A stretch of DNA of 64,000 nt from an uncultured virus (IMG/VR IMGVR_UViG_3300037524_000956) (Duplodnaviria > Heunggongvirae > Uroviricota > Caudoviricetes). A model generated the notes under the pieces. It did no database searches. It was not told where the DNA came from and worked only from the letters and a program-made list of their open reading frames with translations. The position numbers were made by a program, and so were the translations under genes. Where the stretch lies: the IMG/VR virus record IMGVR_UViG_3300037524_000956; one strand, given 5' to 3'. Below are positions 1 to 9,346 of the stretch, piece after piece. Within the stretch, counting starts at the first letter, position 1; every line of letters starts with the position of its first letter.

Positions 1-43
1 CCGCCCGCAAACCATTAAACCAAAATGACCCCATAAAAATAAA

Positions 44-71
44 TTGACAATACATTGCATTGTCATATAAT
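44..71 (+). promoter_or_regulatory. Sigma70-type early promoter with an overlapping palindrome
   Basis: TTGACA (44-49), 16-nt spacer, TATAAT (66-71), A-rich upstream; inverted repeat TGACAAT-N7-ATTGTCA at 45-65. Confidence 0.85.
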
Positions 72-235
72 ACCCGTATCGCCCGCATACCGCGAGCGTT
101 TAACGCGGAAAGATGCAGACTTGGAAAACCCGCCCGAAAGACTTTTCCCAACCTGTCAAGCACGGGCTTAAAGAATCATTCCGGCTAACCCCAGAAAACG
201 CCCAAGACTGGGTTGTTGCCCCTTAAAGGTGTCCC

Positions 236-475
236 ATGAAAGCCGAAACCATCCTGAGAAACAACCGAATCGTCAAGGTAAAGAATTGCCTTTGCCCTGA
301 CGGCTCCCGCCGGGTAGCGGACATAACCGGCTACGCTAATAGTTGGTTTTCTGTTCCAGCCCGCGTTCGAGTTCGGGGTGTGAGTGTGTCGGGATTCATA
401 ACTTGCTGTGATGAAGAAGATATAATGTTTATTCCCTACAGGTATCGAAAAAATCACAGGATGTTTGCTGAATAA
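236..475 (+). CDS. Hypothetical early protein
   Basis: 79-aa ORF downstream of the early promoter, AAAGGT RBS. Confidence 0.65.
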   Translation: MKAETILRNNRIVKVKNCLCPDGSRRVADITGYANSWFSVPARVRVRGVSVSGFITCCDEEDIMFIPYRYRKNHRMFAE

Positions 476-551
476 TAACGTATGGCCGAAACTGCCCCAT
501 AATTTCGGCCATATCATTCCCTCCCTCATCCTCCCCAGAGTATCTCACACA

Positions 552-800
552 ATGAGCCAAAAGTCTGCCCGTCTTTCCCCTGGCATCATCATCAGCCACA
601 ACGTGAAAGACTTATTCCCCCTCACCCTCACCCGCCCCGGAACCGCTGAGGTGTTTGAGTTTAAAACCGTTCAGGATTTACATTCCTATTTGGAATCCCT
701 CGCGGGATACTACAGCGTATACCGCAAAGGGCAAAGCGTAATTGTTGATAAGTATGTAATCAATACTGGCATGTATACCGTTTTCAGGAGCAACCCATGA
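552..800 (+). CDS. Hypothetical early protein
   Basis: ORF 465-800 with start moved to ATG 552; stop overlaps the next ATG (ATGA). Confidence 0.55.
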   Translation: MSQKSARLSPGIIISHNVKDLFPLTLTRPGTAEVFEFKTVQDLHSYLESLAGYYSVYRKGQSVIVDKYVINTGMYTVFRSNP

Positions 801-970
801 ACCATCAAGGCGTTTCCAAGGTCTTTTCTCTCCTCTCCCGCAACGAGGAGATTTCCCACCTAAGACAAGGAACTGTCCTTAGGGCCCTTAACATTCAAAA
901 GCGGGAATATTACCGCATTTTGAAAACCATCCGTTCCTTCGACAACAAGCCATTTCCCTCACAGAGGTAA
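797..970 (+). CDS. Hypothetical early protein (57 aa, not in ORF track)
   Basis: AGGAG RBS, ATGA overlap, MNHQGVSKVF...PSQR; fills the gap in the operon. Confidence 0.55.
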   Translation: MNHQGVSKVFSLLSRNEEISHLRQGTVLRALNIQKREYYRILKTIRSFDNKPFPSQR

Positions 971-975
971 TTAAA

Positions 976-1248
976 ATGTATCAAGCTCCTATTTGCAACT
1001 CCTACGTCCCTATGGACTATCCAGACGTATTTGAGTACGTTCCCGAGCCTCCCGTAGGGAGTCCCGCCCCACAAAAGCTGCCTATGTTGTTAGAGGGATA
1101 TGATGTAGAACCTTGCCCCGGCGGGACACTACTCGACAAAGATGATATAATCTTTTGGGCGAGGCACACCCTTGAGGAATGTACTGGTGAACCAAAAGCA
1201 ACCTTTCACCTAACACAACTAATTTCGTATTTAATCGCTGACGAGTGA
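976..1248 (+). CDS. Hypothetical early protein
   Basis: GAGG RBS, 90 aa. Confidence 0.65.
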   Translation: MYQAPICNSYVPMDYPDVFEYVPEPPVGSPAPQKLPMLLEGYDVEPCPGGTLLDKDDIIFWARHTLEECTGEPKATFHLTQLISYLIADE

Positions 1249-1253
1249 CTAAG

Positions 1254-1281
1254 TAATAGCCTCGCGCCTGCGAGGCTATTA
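1254..1281 (+). terminator. Intergenic hairpin (terminator or processing site)
   Basis: TAATAGCCTCGC-GCCT-GCGAGGCTATTA, 12-bp stem, weak U-tract. Confidence 0.5.
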
Positions 1282-1318
1282 GCGTGGCTACTTTCAGCCC
1301 GGAACCAGAGTACAAAAA

Positions 1319-1510
1319 ATGCAAATGTATAGCCTTTTCGATGTTGAGTCAATCACCTTATCCCCGGCCAGGGAGATTAGTGAAACACCTTACCCCACGT
1401 ATTACTGCAAAATCCAAGTAAAGCACAAGGACGGAACAGCCTTAATCACGTTCTACAGCAACGACAAAGCTTCCCTTGAAGTATACCACGATATTAAGGA
1501 GGCCAAATGA
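1319..1510 (+). CDS. Hypothetical protein
   Basis: First of a run of ATGA-coupled ORFs. Confidence 0.6.
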   Translation: MQMYSLFDVESITLSPAREISETPYPTYYCKIQVKHKDGTALITFYSNDKASLEVYHDIKEAK

Positions 1511-1740
1511 AAATTACTGTAAACACCTGTTACGTACTTAACCTGTCCGATGATATAGACATTGAAGGCGTAAATAACCTAGACGATATAAAGTCTTGGT
1601 TTGTAAAGTGGCATACCTTACACTATACTCTCGATGGGGATAATTGGTTAGAGGTTGATTTATCCCTTGACTACGAATTAGACACCAAGCGCCCTGACGC
1701 AGCAAGCATACATAAGGCTTACGTAGGAGAAAACGAATGA
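1507..1740 (+). CDS. Hypothetical protein
   Basis: AAGGAGG RBS, ATGA overlap. Confidence 0.7.
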   Translation: MKITVNTCYVLNLSDDIDIEGVNNLDDIKSWFVKWHTLHYTLDGDNWLEVDLSLDYELDTKRPDAASIHKAYVGENE

Positions 1741-1961
1741 AAAAGCCCTTCCCCTTCGCCCTTGCCGGGCTTTTAACCGCGAGCGGTAAATACTCCGCCG
1801 CGCAATGGACAGCACTTGCAAGAGTAAGCCCGCTGGACTACCCGGCGTACTTTAAAGAATCAAACGGGCTTGTTTACTGCACCTCCATCTTTAGGGCAGA
1901 CTACACACTGCTCATGCAACAGGCCAAGTACAACTGGAACGCCCTAGGAGTAAACACATGA
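1737..1961 (+). CDS. Hypothetical protein
   Basis: AGGAG RBS, ATGA overlap. Confidence 0.7.
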   Translation: MKKPFPFALAGLLTASGKYSAAQWTALARVSPLDYPAYFKESNGLVYCTSIFRADYTLLMQQAKYNWNALGVNT

Positions 1962-2176
1962 AAATAAAAAAAATAAGCGCTAATCTCGTAGCAATAACGC
2001 ACGACAACAGGACGTGGTATTTCTCATACGAGACGTGCATTGCTTATGAAGACGAGCTAGTATGCATTAGGCTAGATAAGTACTTTTCCTCTTCAACCAA
2101 AAAGCATATAAATCAAACGGACATAAAGAATTTCACGCCCGTCTCAGACATCGAGTTTCATTATCACGCTGCTTAA
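1958..2176 (+). CDS. Hypothetical phage protein
   Basis: AGGAG RBS; YFSYETCIA...SSSTKKHIN resembles a common small phage protein family. Confidence 0.7.
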   Translation: MKIKKISANLVAITHDNRTWYFSYETCIAYEDELVCIRLDKYFSSSTKKHINQTDIKNFTPVSDIEFHYHAA

Positions 2177-2182
2177 CCCGCC

Positions 2183-2214
2183 GGGCCAGCCCAGAGTAAT
2201 CCCTCGGCTGGCCC
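2183..2214 (+). terminator. Intergenic hairpin
   Basis: GGGCCAGCC-N14-GGCTGGCCC. Confidence 0.4.
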
Positions 2215-2239
2215 CACTTATCCCTTAAGGAAACCATTT

Positions 2240-3706
2240 ATGGATCTCACTCCCCAACAAATTGATTTCTTAGCCACAACTAAGTCATCCGACTCAATCG
2301 CCCTTCGCGCTCGCGCAGGTACAGGGAAAACCTTTTCCCTTCAGCGATGGGCGAACTCCAGTCCCAAAAGTGGAATCGCAACCAGCTTTAGCAAGTCAAC
2401 CGTAGAGGAACTTGTTAAAAAGATCGGCCCCAAGTTCCCCGCCAAGACCTTTCACGCCCTGGGCCTCCAAGCCCTTAAAGCCAGCGGCAAGACCATCAAA
2501 CTCGAAAAGGGTAAGATGTTTGAAACTGTTAAAGCCCTCGGAGAAGAAAACGAAATACCCTTCGAAACCCAAGCAGAAATACGTGCCCTGGCGACTATAG
2601 CCAAAGTATACGGCATCCAGCCCGACCCCGCCGGTCCCGAAGGTCTTACCCCGAACGAGACCCAAATTTGGGAAGAACTCGCCACACAGTACGATTTAGA
2701 ATTCTCCGACGAGATTCTTCATTGGAGCCGGACGGCAGTAAATCTTTCCAACTTGTCCTTCACAAAAGACGGCATAATCGACTTCGACGACATGCTTTAC
2801 TGTGCAACAGTATTCCCCCATCGCTTCACAAAAGTCCCCACAATCCTTGCAGATGAGGTACAAGACTTTAACCTGCTCCAGCACACCATGCTAAAGCGGT
2901 CTTTACTCCCCGGCGGGCGAGTCATCGCCGCTGGAGACGATAGGCAAGCAATTTACGGCTTTCGTGGGGCATTATCCAACTCCTACAAGTCCCTCGTTGA
3001 GACCTTCTCAATGCAGGAACTTCCCCTCACGGTCTCCTGGCGTTGCCCGGCGGAGGTCATAAAGGTAGCCCAGGGCTACGTACCAGACATCGAGGCAGCC
3101 TCTGGTTGCGCACAAGGCTCCGTTTTATACCCCTCCAGTCTAACCCTGCAAGAAGTCCCCAAAACTGTTCTTTGTCGCAACAACGCCCCTTTAATGCGCC
3201 TTGCCTTGCGGTTGCTCGTATCCGGGCGAACAGTCGAAATCGCCGGAAAAGACATCGGGCAAAACCTAATAAAACTCACCGAGCGTATCACCAAGAAAAA
3301 CCTGTCCACACAGGAATTTCTCGACCGCCTTGAGAAGTGGAAAGAGCGGGAGCTTGTTAAATACCCCCGCCGGAAATTCAGCATCACTGAAAAGGCTCTT
3401 GTCCTTCGCACCCTTGCCCAAGCGCACAAAGACCTCGACTCCATGCGCAAGCACCTTGGTAAGCTTTACCCTGACCCCAAAGACAAGGGCTACCGCCCGG
3501 CAGACGTACACCTCTCAACAATCCACAAAGCAAAGGGCCGAGAGTGGCCGAGTGTTTTATTCCTTGACTCCCATCTTTTAGGCCGAAACGCCTCCAGTGA
3601 GTGGGAACAAGAACAAGAACAAAATCTCGGTTACGTTGCAGTGACTCGTGCTATGCAAGAACTTACGTTTATAACGTCTAAACAGATCGACGGACTGGAG
3701 GAGTAA
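2240..3706 (+). CDS. Superfamily 1 (UvrD/Rep-like) DNA helicase
   Basis: ARAGTGKT, DEVQD, GDDRQAIYGFRGA, LTVSWRCP, STIHKAKGREW, YVAVTRA motifs. Confidence 0.92.
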   Translation: MDLTPQQIDFLATTKSSDSIALRARAGTGKTFSLQRWANSSPKSGIATSFSKSTVEELVKKIGPKFPAKTFHALGLQALKASGKTIKLEKGKMFETVKALGEENEIPFETQAEIRALATIAKVYGIQPDPAGPEGLTPNETQIWEELATQYDLEFSDEILHWSRTAVNLSNLSFTKDGIIDFDDMLYCATVFPHRFTKVPTILADEVQDFNLLQHTMLKRSLLPGGRVIAAGDDRQAIYGFRGALSNSYKSLVETFSMQELPLTVSWRCPAEVIKVAQGYVPDIEAASGCAQGSVLYPSSLTLQEVPKTVLCRNNAPLMRLALRLLVSGRTVEIAGKDIGQNLIKLTERITKKNLSTQEFLDRLEKWKERELVKYPRRKFSITEKALVLRTLAQAHKDLDSMRKHLGKLYPDPKDKGYRPADVHLSTIHKAKGREWPSVLFLDSHLLGRNASSEWEQEQEQNLGYVAVTRAMQELTFITSKQIDGLEE

Positions 3707-3707
3707 A

Positions 3708-4265
3708 ATGCCAAAGTACCTCAACAAGCCCGCTATCGTTCCAGGGCAAGAAGCCGAGATATTTCCCTTATTAGACGCAGCCTTATCCCTCCCATACGGA
3801 AAGGCTGTAGTCTATCAAACAACGGAAAAGCGGTCTAAGTATTTATATCGTATCATCCAAGGCGAGCGGTATCGCAACGCCGTTTATTCTTTAGCAACCT
3901 ACGCCCCGGAAGAGTACCTGTATGGCAAGGGTCTTTACTACCATATTGTACCAGAGGCACACCCAAAAGGCTTAATCGTAGCCAATTTGGAAAACCCGCC
4001 GGGCAGCGTAACATGGGATATTATTCGCTGCGTTGCAACTAAAAAGCCCGTTCCAATTATCGCCGGGATTCGCCAAGCGTTCTCCCGCCTTAACCAATTA
4101 AAGGCCAAGTTCCCTGCCGAACTCGGAGCCGTTTACGTTGACACAACACGAAGTATGTTTTGCTACGCAATCCCGTCAATCGAAGAGCTCGTGATTGTGG
4201 ATATTGACGTGAGTAAGAAATTGCCTGCCCCAACGGATGAGCAGAGAGCGAAAGTTCGCCAATAA
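3708..4265 (+). CDS. Hypothetical protein
   Basis: GGAGGAG RBS, 185 aa. Confidence 0.75.
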   Translation: MPKYLNKPAIVPGQEAEIFPLLDAALSLPYGKAVVYQTTEKRSKYLYRIIQGERYRNAVYSLATYAPEEYLYGKGLYYHIVPEAHPKGLIVANLENPPGSVTWDIIRCVATKKPVPIIAGIRQAFSRLNQLKAKFPAELGAVYVDTTRSMFCYAIPSIEELVIVDIDVSKKLPAPTDEQRAKVRQ

Positions 4266-4274
4266 TCCGCCCCG

Positions 4275-4314
4275 AAAAAACCGCGTCAATTAAATCCGAT
4301 TGACGCGGTTTTTT
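4275..4314. terminator. Bidirectional intrinsic terminator-like hairpin
   Basis: Perfect 16-bp inverted repeat AAAAAACCGCGTCAAT-N8-ATTGACGCGGTTTTTT. Confidence 0.75.
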
Positions 4315-4407
4315 ATGCGCACAATGTATTGTATATGTCCCCCAAACCATGTTATCATACACACGCGGTCAAAACCGCCCATTAACCAAACAATCAGGAA
4401 CATTCCC

Positions 4408-5052
4408 ATGTTAAAATCAGAAAACACTCCAGTTCGCCAGCGCACCATCTTAGAAGACGCTTACACTGCCGCCGGCCAAGAAGGTTTCCAATTCACTATC
4501 CCTCAACCGTTCACTGCTGAGATGGTTCAAGGCGTTTCGGAAGTCGGAGCGAGTGCCACCGGCGTAGCTAACCAGCTTAACCAGGTGCTGGCAGAAAACC
4601 TCGGCAACAACATAAGCGCTCGCATCAGGGCAGCTATTAAAGCTGGAACTACCCTACCTGGACAGTCGGCAATGGATGAATTATACACCACTTACGACTT
4701 CAGCGGCACCCGCGCCTCTCGTGGAGGCATCGCCGGGAATCTATTCGAACGCATCTTTACCAAACTCGCCGGGGCGTTTATTAAGAAGCTTTTAAAGAAA
4801 AAGGGTTATCAGTCCCTTCCCGCGCCAGTCGGTGTTGCTAAGAAAGACGAAGAGCCGAAGGGCGACCAGATCTCCTACGAGCAGTTTGAGTTTGAGGTTG
4901 ACCGGCTGGTCGCCGGCGAAGGCCCCTGGGCTGAAGTCACTGCCTTCATCGAAGTTCGTGACGGGCTAGTAGAAGATGCCGCCGCCGAAGAGGCTGCTGT
5001 TCGTGACCGTGAGGTTGCCGCCGAGAACAAGCTGTCTGCGTTAGGTCTTTAA
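4408..5052 (+). CDS. Hypothetical protein
   Basis: ORF 4300-5052 with start moved to ATG 4408 (AGGA RBS); possible extended -10 TGtTATCAT at 4350-4358. Confidence 0.7.
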   Translation: MLKSENTPVRQRTILEDAYTAAGQEGFQFTIPQPFTAEMVQGVSEVGASATGVANQLNQVLAENLGNNISARIRAAIKAGTTLPGQSAMDELYTTYDFSGTRASRGGIAGNLFERIFTKLAGAFIKKLLKKKGYQSLPAPVGVAKKDEEPKGDQISYEQFEFEVDRLVAGEGPWAEVTAFIEVRDGLVEDAAAEEAAVRDREVAAENKLSALGL

Positions 5053-5060
5053 TCCCCGCC

Positions 5061-5094
5061 GGGCAAGGGAGTTTAACCCTTGCCCATTTTTTTT
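5061..5094 (+). terminator. Rho-independent terminator
   Basis: GGGCAAGGG-N7-CCCTTGCCC followed by A and T8. Confidence 0.85.
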
Positions 5095-5133
5095 GTTCAA
5101 TGTGATTGCTACTTTACATACAGGTATACTCAA

Positions 5134-5382
5134 ATGGCTCGCAAGAAACTCAACGAAGTATCTCCTCGCACAATTCGGGTACATATTCCCACATACGACA
5201 AGATTTTGGAGTTCTTCTCAATGTCCCCATCCGGTATTCGTGGAAGCGACGCAATTCGCCAAGTTCTTTACCAGTTCGGGCTTTACTGTAAGGAGCAGAT
5301 GGAAACCGGGCGGGTTGCCTCAGCCCGCGATTTAAAAGAAGCTGAGGACATTATTTTTAAGACGTTCAAATCTGAACAGTAA
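5134..5382 (+). CDS. Putative ribbon-helix-helix DNA-binding protein
   Basis: RTIRVH strand, PTYDKILEFF helix, GSDAIRQVL helix; start moved to ATG 5134. Confidence 0.5.
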   Translation: MARKKLNEVSPRTIRVHIPTYDKILEFFSMSPSGIRGSDAIRQVLYQFGLYCKEQMETGRVASARDLKEAEDIIFKTFKSEQ

Positions 5383-5390
5383 AACGTATT

Positions 5391-5415
5391 GACGTAATTG
5401 TCAATCAGTTTCATA
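5391..5415. promoter_or_regulatory. Dispersed palindromic motif, copy 1
   Basis: GACGTAA-TTGTCAATCAG-TTTCATA, intergenic. Confidence 0.6.
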
Positions 5416-5435
5416 CATACAAAAGGCTCCCTCAA

Positions 5436-5636
5436 ATGCAAGAAGACTTCCGCCAAGTTCTCGACGATGGACAAGTTATCAAGGGCAAAATTGGTGATTT
5501 AACTCAGCACCAAGTTATTTCATTAGCCAACCAGTTAATGAGAGGCAAAAACGAAGCACACGCATACTTGCTAATGCAATACCAGCATAAAAAGTTTTGG
5601 CAAGAAGAAACCTCCTTACCCCCAAAGGCTGCGTAA
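5436..5636 (+). CDS. Hypothetical protein
   Basis: ORF in a tightly packed operon. Confidence 0.6.
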   Translation: MQEDFRQVLDDGQVIKGKIGDLTQHQVISLANQLMRGKNEAHAYLLMQYQHKKFWQEETSLPPKAA

Positions 5637-5637
5637 T

Positions 5638-5826
5638 ATGTCCTCAGTAAAAATAAACGGCAAAAAGTACAAGGCTCGCCGGTTATTGCCCAACGAGCTT
5701 ACAGTGTTAAACATTAACGAACCTGCTAAGCTCGTGACAACTTCCGCCGGCGAACGCCTCGCGGTAAAGCAAGATGATAAATGGATATTTTATGCACAAA
5801 AGCCAATAAACACTGTGAGGCTATAA
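5638..5826 (+). CDS. Hypothetical protein
   Basis: ORF in a tightly packed operon. Confidence 0.6.
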   Translation: MSSVKINGKKYKARRLLPNELTVLNINEPAKLVTTSAGERLAVKQDDKWIFYAQKPINTVRL

Positions 5827-6147
5827 ATGAGCAACGTAATAATTTACACTAAGTTCCTATCCGAAAGATTCCCCATCCTTGTCGAGTACGAACTCGAAAA
5901 CGAACAGCTTGAGGTATTATCAATTCGCCTCATTCGCAAAGTAGTTAATGGCGGGCAAGTGTACCACGGAAGCAAAATGGACTTAACCGGCCCGATTTAC
6001 GAGGCCGCTTGGATATTCGGCAAGCCCGGCGTGAAGCACATCTTAACCTCCCACCAATTATGCCTCATCGACGACCTTACAATGTTAGCTTTACATGGCC
6101 CTCACGACTCCGTACCTGAAGACCAAATCGTTTACGTAGAGGTGTAA
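5827..6147 (+). CDS. Hypothetical protein
   Basis: GAGG RBS, abuts its neighbours. Confidence 0.65.
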   Translation: MSNVIIYTKFLSERFPILVEYELENEQLEVLSIRLIRKVVNGGQVYHGSKMDLTGPIYEAAWIFGKPGVKHILTSHQLCLIDDLTMLALHGPHDSVPEDQIVYVEV

Positions 6148-6148
6148 A

Positions 6149-6352
6149 ATGCAAAACCTTGACACCCTGTTATCAAAGCCTGCACAAGAGTGGAACGAAG
6201 ATGACATCCTTCAACTAATTGAAGGACTTCGGGAACAGCGGGCCAGGTGGAACCAAGAGCAAGCTGCCGGGACTCGTACTCGTGTACCTGCAGCCAAGGT
6301 TGTCCTTAAAGAGCCTAAAAAGGACTTGGCGTTTGAAGGGCTTAAACTATAG
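6149..6352 (+). CDS. Hypothetical protein
   Basis: GAGGT RBS. Confidence 0.7.
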   Translation: MQNLDTLLSKPAQEWNEDDILQLIEGLREQRARWNQEQAAGTRTRVPAAKVVLKEPKKDLAFEGLKL

Positions 6353-6360
6353 AGGTTATT

Positions 6361-6525
6361 ATGGAAAAGTATCTTAAACTAATCTCATGCTGTGCGGTTT
6401 TAATTAGTAGTAACCTGCTTACAGCGGCTGCATTTTCCGATAACAATTCAATTATCGGTATATCCGCTCTTTTGCTCAGTAACTTTGCTTGCTTTATAAT
6501 TGGGCTTATTATTACAGAGGACTAA
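6361..6525 (+). CDS. Small membrane protein (54 aa, not in ORF track)
   Basis: GAGG RBS; MEKYLKLISCCAVLISSNLLTAAAF...ALLLSNFACFIIGLIITED, two hydrophobic segments. Confidence 0.55.
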   Translation: MEKYLKLISCCAVLISSNLLTAAAFSDNNSIIGISALLLSNFACFIIGLIITED

Positions 6526-6529
6526 GACT

Positions 6530-7528
6530 ATGTTATATTACAGTCCCTTCACCGACGAGTTTTTAGGCCACCCTTCGCCCAACTCCATTCCAATCGGCAT
6601 TATTGAGGAAGAGCAATCCGAAAACACTTCTTTCTCAAAAGGCATCCAGTTTTATTGGGATTCAACCTCCATTGGGTTATTCAAAACCTGCCCCCGAAAG
6701 TATTTCTATACAATAGTAAAGGGCTATGTCCCCAAGATCGTTCCGCCTGCGTTAGCCTTCGGTATCCACCTCCACACCCTTCTCCAAACCTGGCACCAGC
6801 TCGTTGAGTCAGGTATAGACAAACACACATCCTTAATGCGCGTCACACGCTTAGCCGGGCTTCTCGGTGAGACTCTTCCGCCGGGTGACAATGCTCGTAC
6901 CAAGGAAACTTTAGTCCGGTCTATCATTTGGTACTTGGACCAATTCTGGGAAGATAAAGCCACTACTATAAAGCGCTCCGACGGGAAAGCGGCTGTTGAG
7001 TATCACTTCAAACTCCCCTTCATGCTTTACGATTCCAAAAAAGTTTACATCTGTGGACACATAGACCGGTTAGTTGCTTGGCAGGGACAAACTTACGTTT
7101 GCGACTACAAAACCACCAAGTACACCCTCGACAGCAGGTTCTTTGAGCAATTCAAGCCTTCTACTCAAATGGCTTTATACACCACTGCTTGCCATTTAAT
7201 TGCTCACCAAACAAGCGAGTTACCTCCGGCGCATGGAGTTATTATTGACGGGATTCAGCTCGGTGTTAATTTCTCCCGCTTCGCCCGGCAAGTCGTACCG
7301 TTTTCCCTAGAGGAAATAAACGAGTACATCCAAGACTTACAAATCTGGATTGAACAGGCAATGGACGCTTGCAGGACAGGAGTATTCTTGCCCAACGAAA
7401 CAGCCTGTAATAATTACTCAGGTTGCCACTTTAGAGAGATCTGCGCCAAGCCGCCGGCCCGCCGGGAAATGTTCTTGGAAGGGAGCTTTAAAAAGCGTAC
7501 TTGGAACCCGTTAAGTCGTAGGAGTTAA
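6530..7528 (+). CDS. PD-(D/E)XK exonuclease (RecB/Cas4-like)
   Basis: FKTCPRKY, FGIHLH, VEYHF, GHIDRL, CDYKTT, QMALY and a C-terminal Cys cluster (C-x5-C-x5-C); start moved to ATG 6530. Confidence 0.85.
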   Translation: MLYYSPFTDEFLGHPSPNSIPIGIIEEEQSENTSFSKGIQFYWDSTSIGLFKTCPRKYFYTIVKGYVPKIVPPALAFGIHLHTLLQTWHQLVESGIDKHTSLMRVTRLAGLLGETLPPGDNARTKETLVRSIIWYLDQFWEDKATTIKRSDGKAAVEYHFKLPFMLYDSKKVYICGHIDRLVAWQGQTYVCDYKTTKYTLDSRFFEQFKPSTQMALYTTACHLIAHQTSELPPAHGVIIDGIQLGVNFSRFARQVVPFSLEEINEYIQDLQIWIEQAMDACRTGVFLPNETACNNYSGCHFREICAKPPARREMFLEGSFKKRTWNPLSRRS

Positions 7529-7532
7529 ATCA

Positions 7533-7802
7533 ATGAACCATAGAGAACAGATGGATGTATTACAAAAGGCTATTGATTTATCTGATTGTGTACTGAAAGT
7601 AATTATTGAGGATGAAAAGCGGTTAATTGAGATGGATAAACTACGATCTGATGCAAATCGTTATCTAAAACTACGTAAAATTGCTAATCCAGGATTTGAT
7701 ACTGGACCAGGAGGGTTAGAAGATTTCGTAGTGTCTAGATGCTTAGACCACCGTGGTAGCGAAGAGGACTTTGATCGTGCTGTTGATATGGCGGTGATTT
7801 AA
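7533..7802 (+). CDS. Hypothetical protein
   Basis: AGGAG RBS. Confidence 0.65.
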   Translation: MNHREQMDVLQKAIDLSDCVLKVIIEDEKRLIEMDKLRSDANRYLKLRKIANPGFDTGPGGLEDFVVSRCLDHRGSEEDFDRAVDMAVI

Positions 7803-7803
7803 A

Positions 7804-7992
7804 ATGAAAATCTGTGACCATTGTGAGCATTTGGATAGCCGGCTGGTGTTTTCAGACCACGGTGTTCCTTTATACTTCCAGCGGGTTTGTAAAGTAATAC
7901 TACCGGCTATCAAATCTTACAAAGGTCTTTCTATTATCGAAGCAGACTCTGCAAAGCCTCGCCCACGAACCTGCTTCCTACTCAAGAGATAA
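7804..7992 (+). CDS. Small Cys-rich hypothetical protein
   Basis: CDHCEH...C...C. Confidence 0.55.
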   Translation: MKICDHCEHLDSRLVFSDHGVPLYFQRVCKVILPAIKSYKGLSIIEADSAKPRPRTCFLLKR

Positions 7993-7997
7993 ATGTT

Positions 7998-8189
7998 ATG
8001 ATTAAGAACCCGAACGTATTTGTAACCTGCACTTCTGGCAATAACGCCTTTACTGATTGTTTAGTCCGTAAAGCCGGCGAAAACGTAGAGTTAGTTGGCT
8101 ATAGCCAAATGCAATTCACTAAAGCCGAAGCAAAATACTTAATTGAGTTAATCAAAAACACCATTGAGGAGATTGAGCAAAGTGAATAA
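7998..8189 (+). CDS. Hypothetical protein
   Basis: ORF in operon. Confidence 0.6.
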   Translation: MIKNPNVFVTCTSGNNAFTDCLVRKAGENVELVGYSQMQFTKAEAKYLIELIKNTIEEIEQSE

Positions 8190-9003
8190 AACTGATACAA
8201 TCTACACCTCCCTCCTCGAGCGAATTTCCCAATCCGGCGAGGAGGTTCAATCCCGAAACGGCCCCTCCCGCCGGCTGTTCACCCTCCCAACAGTAACCTT
8301 CGACGCAACACCCCTCGTAACTGTAAGACACACCGCATGGAAGAAAGCTATTCGTGAGATGGAGTGGTTTTTAAGTGGCAAACCTCGTTGCCCTTCCGAC
8401 CTTTTAGACTGGTGGGACGGGCAGCTAAATCCCAACGGACTTTACTTAAACGGATATGGTGAACAATTCCGGTCATTTAACTTCGACCAGATAAAGCACT
8501 TAATACACAACCTCCGCAATAACCCCTTCAGCCGTGAGCACGTAATTACTGCCTGGAACCCAGTAAAAATGGCGTTCATCAAAGAGGTAAACAACAACCC
8601 TCGAACGCCGGCGTGCTGTCATTCGACTGTAGTGCAATTTTTCGTGTCCAAAGACGGTGGGATTTCTATGCACTCTTACCAGCGGAGTGCGGACATGCTT
8701 TTAGGTGTTCCACACAACTGGATTCAGTCGTGGGCCTTTTTACTATGGGTTTGTACCCAAGCAGAGGGTGTCCCTGAGAAAATGTTATGGACTTTTGGAG
8801 ATGCACATACTTACATAGAACCTTCCCACACAGAGGCGATAAGGCAGATACTGAATTTTGGCTGTATGCCTGAAATTTCTTATCCCGCCCCGCCCCGGCT
8901 GATTTACAACGGGAGTGATAAAGATGCTTTTTTCGCAGAAGACTTCGAGATGATTGGAACTATCTCTCCACCGATAACTGCTGTTAAGCCGAAACTTTTA
9001 TAA
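8182..9003 (+). CDS. thyA: Thymidylate synthase ThyA
   Basis: EMEWFLSG, YGEQFR, SREHVITAWNP, catalytic PACCH, YQRSADMLLGVPHN, GDAHTY; start probably GTG 8182 (GAGGAG RBS). Confidence 0.92.
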   Translation: MNKTDTIYTSLLERISQSGEEVQSRNGPSRRLFTLPTVTFDATPLVTVRHTAWKKAIREMEWFLSGKPRCPSDLLDWWDGQLNPNGLYLNGYGEQFRSFNFDQIKHLIHNLRNNPFSREHVITAWNPVKMAFIKEVNNNPRTPACCHSTVVQFFVSKDGGISMHSYQRSADMLLGVPHNWIQSWAFLLWVCTQAEGVPEKMLWTFGDAHTYIEPSHTEAIRQILNFGCMPEISYPAPPRLIYNGSDKDAFFAEDFEMIGTISPPITAVKPKLL

Positions 9004-9012
9004 GGCGTATTT

Positions 9013-9225
9013 ATGACTATAACCCCTAAACACCGAATGATTCTAGCTCGCCTAATTGGAACCCGTAATCCTGTCGCCCCCGAAGCAGACGAATATCCCT
9101 TATTTGAAGAGCTGTTCAACGAAGGCTATCTTAATTACACCTACGGTACACATGCCGCCGGCTTTACTATTACGTGCTTAGGTATAGATGAGATAACGGT
9201 GCATAGGCAACGGGATAAATTGTAA
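9013..9225 (+). CDS. Hypothetical protein
   Basis: 70-aa ORF after thyA. Confidence 0.6.
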   Translation: MTITPKHRMILARLIGTRNPVAPEADEYPLFEELFNEGYLNYTYGTHAAGFTITCLGIDEITVHRQRDKL

Positions 9226-9241
9226 AGAATAACGTATTGCT

Positions 9242-9295
9242 GATTGCAACAATCCATAAAAAATTGTTGCAATCCCATTAAATCCGGGTTATCAT
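9242..9295 (+). promoter_or_regulatory. Sigma70-type promoter with an overlapping inverted repeat
   Basis: TTGCAA (9267-9272), 17-nt spacer, TATCAT (9290-9295); inverted repeat GATTGCAACAAT-N9-ATTGTTGCAATC at 9242-9274 covers the -35 box. Confidence 0.65.
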
Positions 9296-9346
9296 ATCCC
9301 CGTCAAATTAAACCATTATTCCCCCCACAGCCCGGAGCCTCATACC

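Noticed and set aside
6530..7528. Cas4 / CRISPR-Cas system
   Set aside because: No other cas genes and no repeat-spacer array; stand-alone nucleases of this type are common in phages
8182..9003. Hypermodified-base system (dCMP or dUMP hydroxymethylase)
   Set aside because: The dUMP-specifying Asn (GVPHN) is present and I found no accompanying kinase, glycosyltransferase or other modification genes; not fully excluded without base analysis
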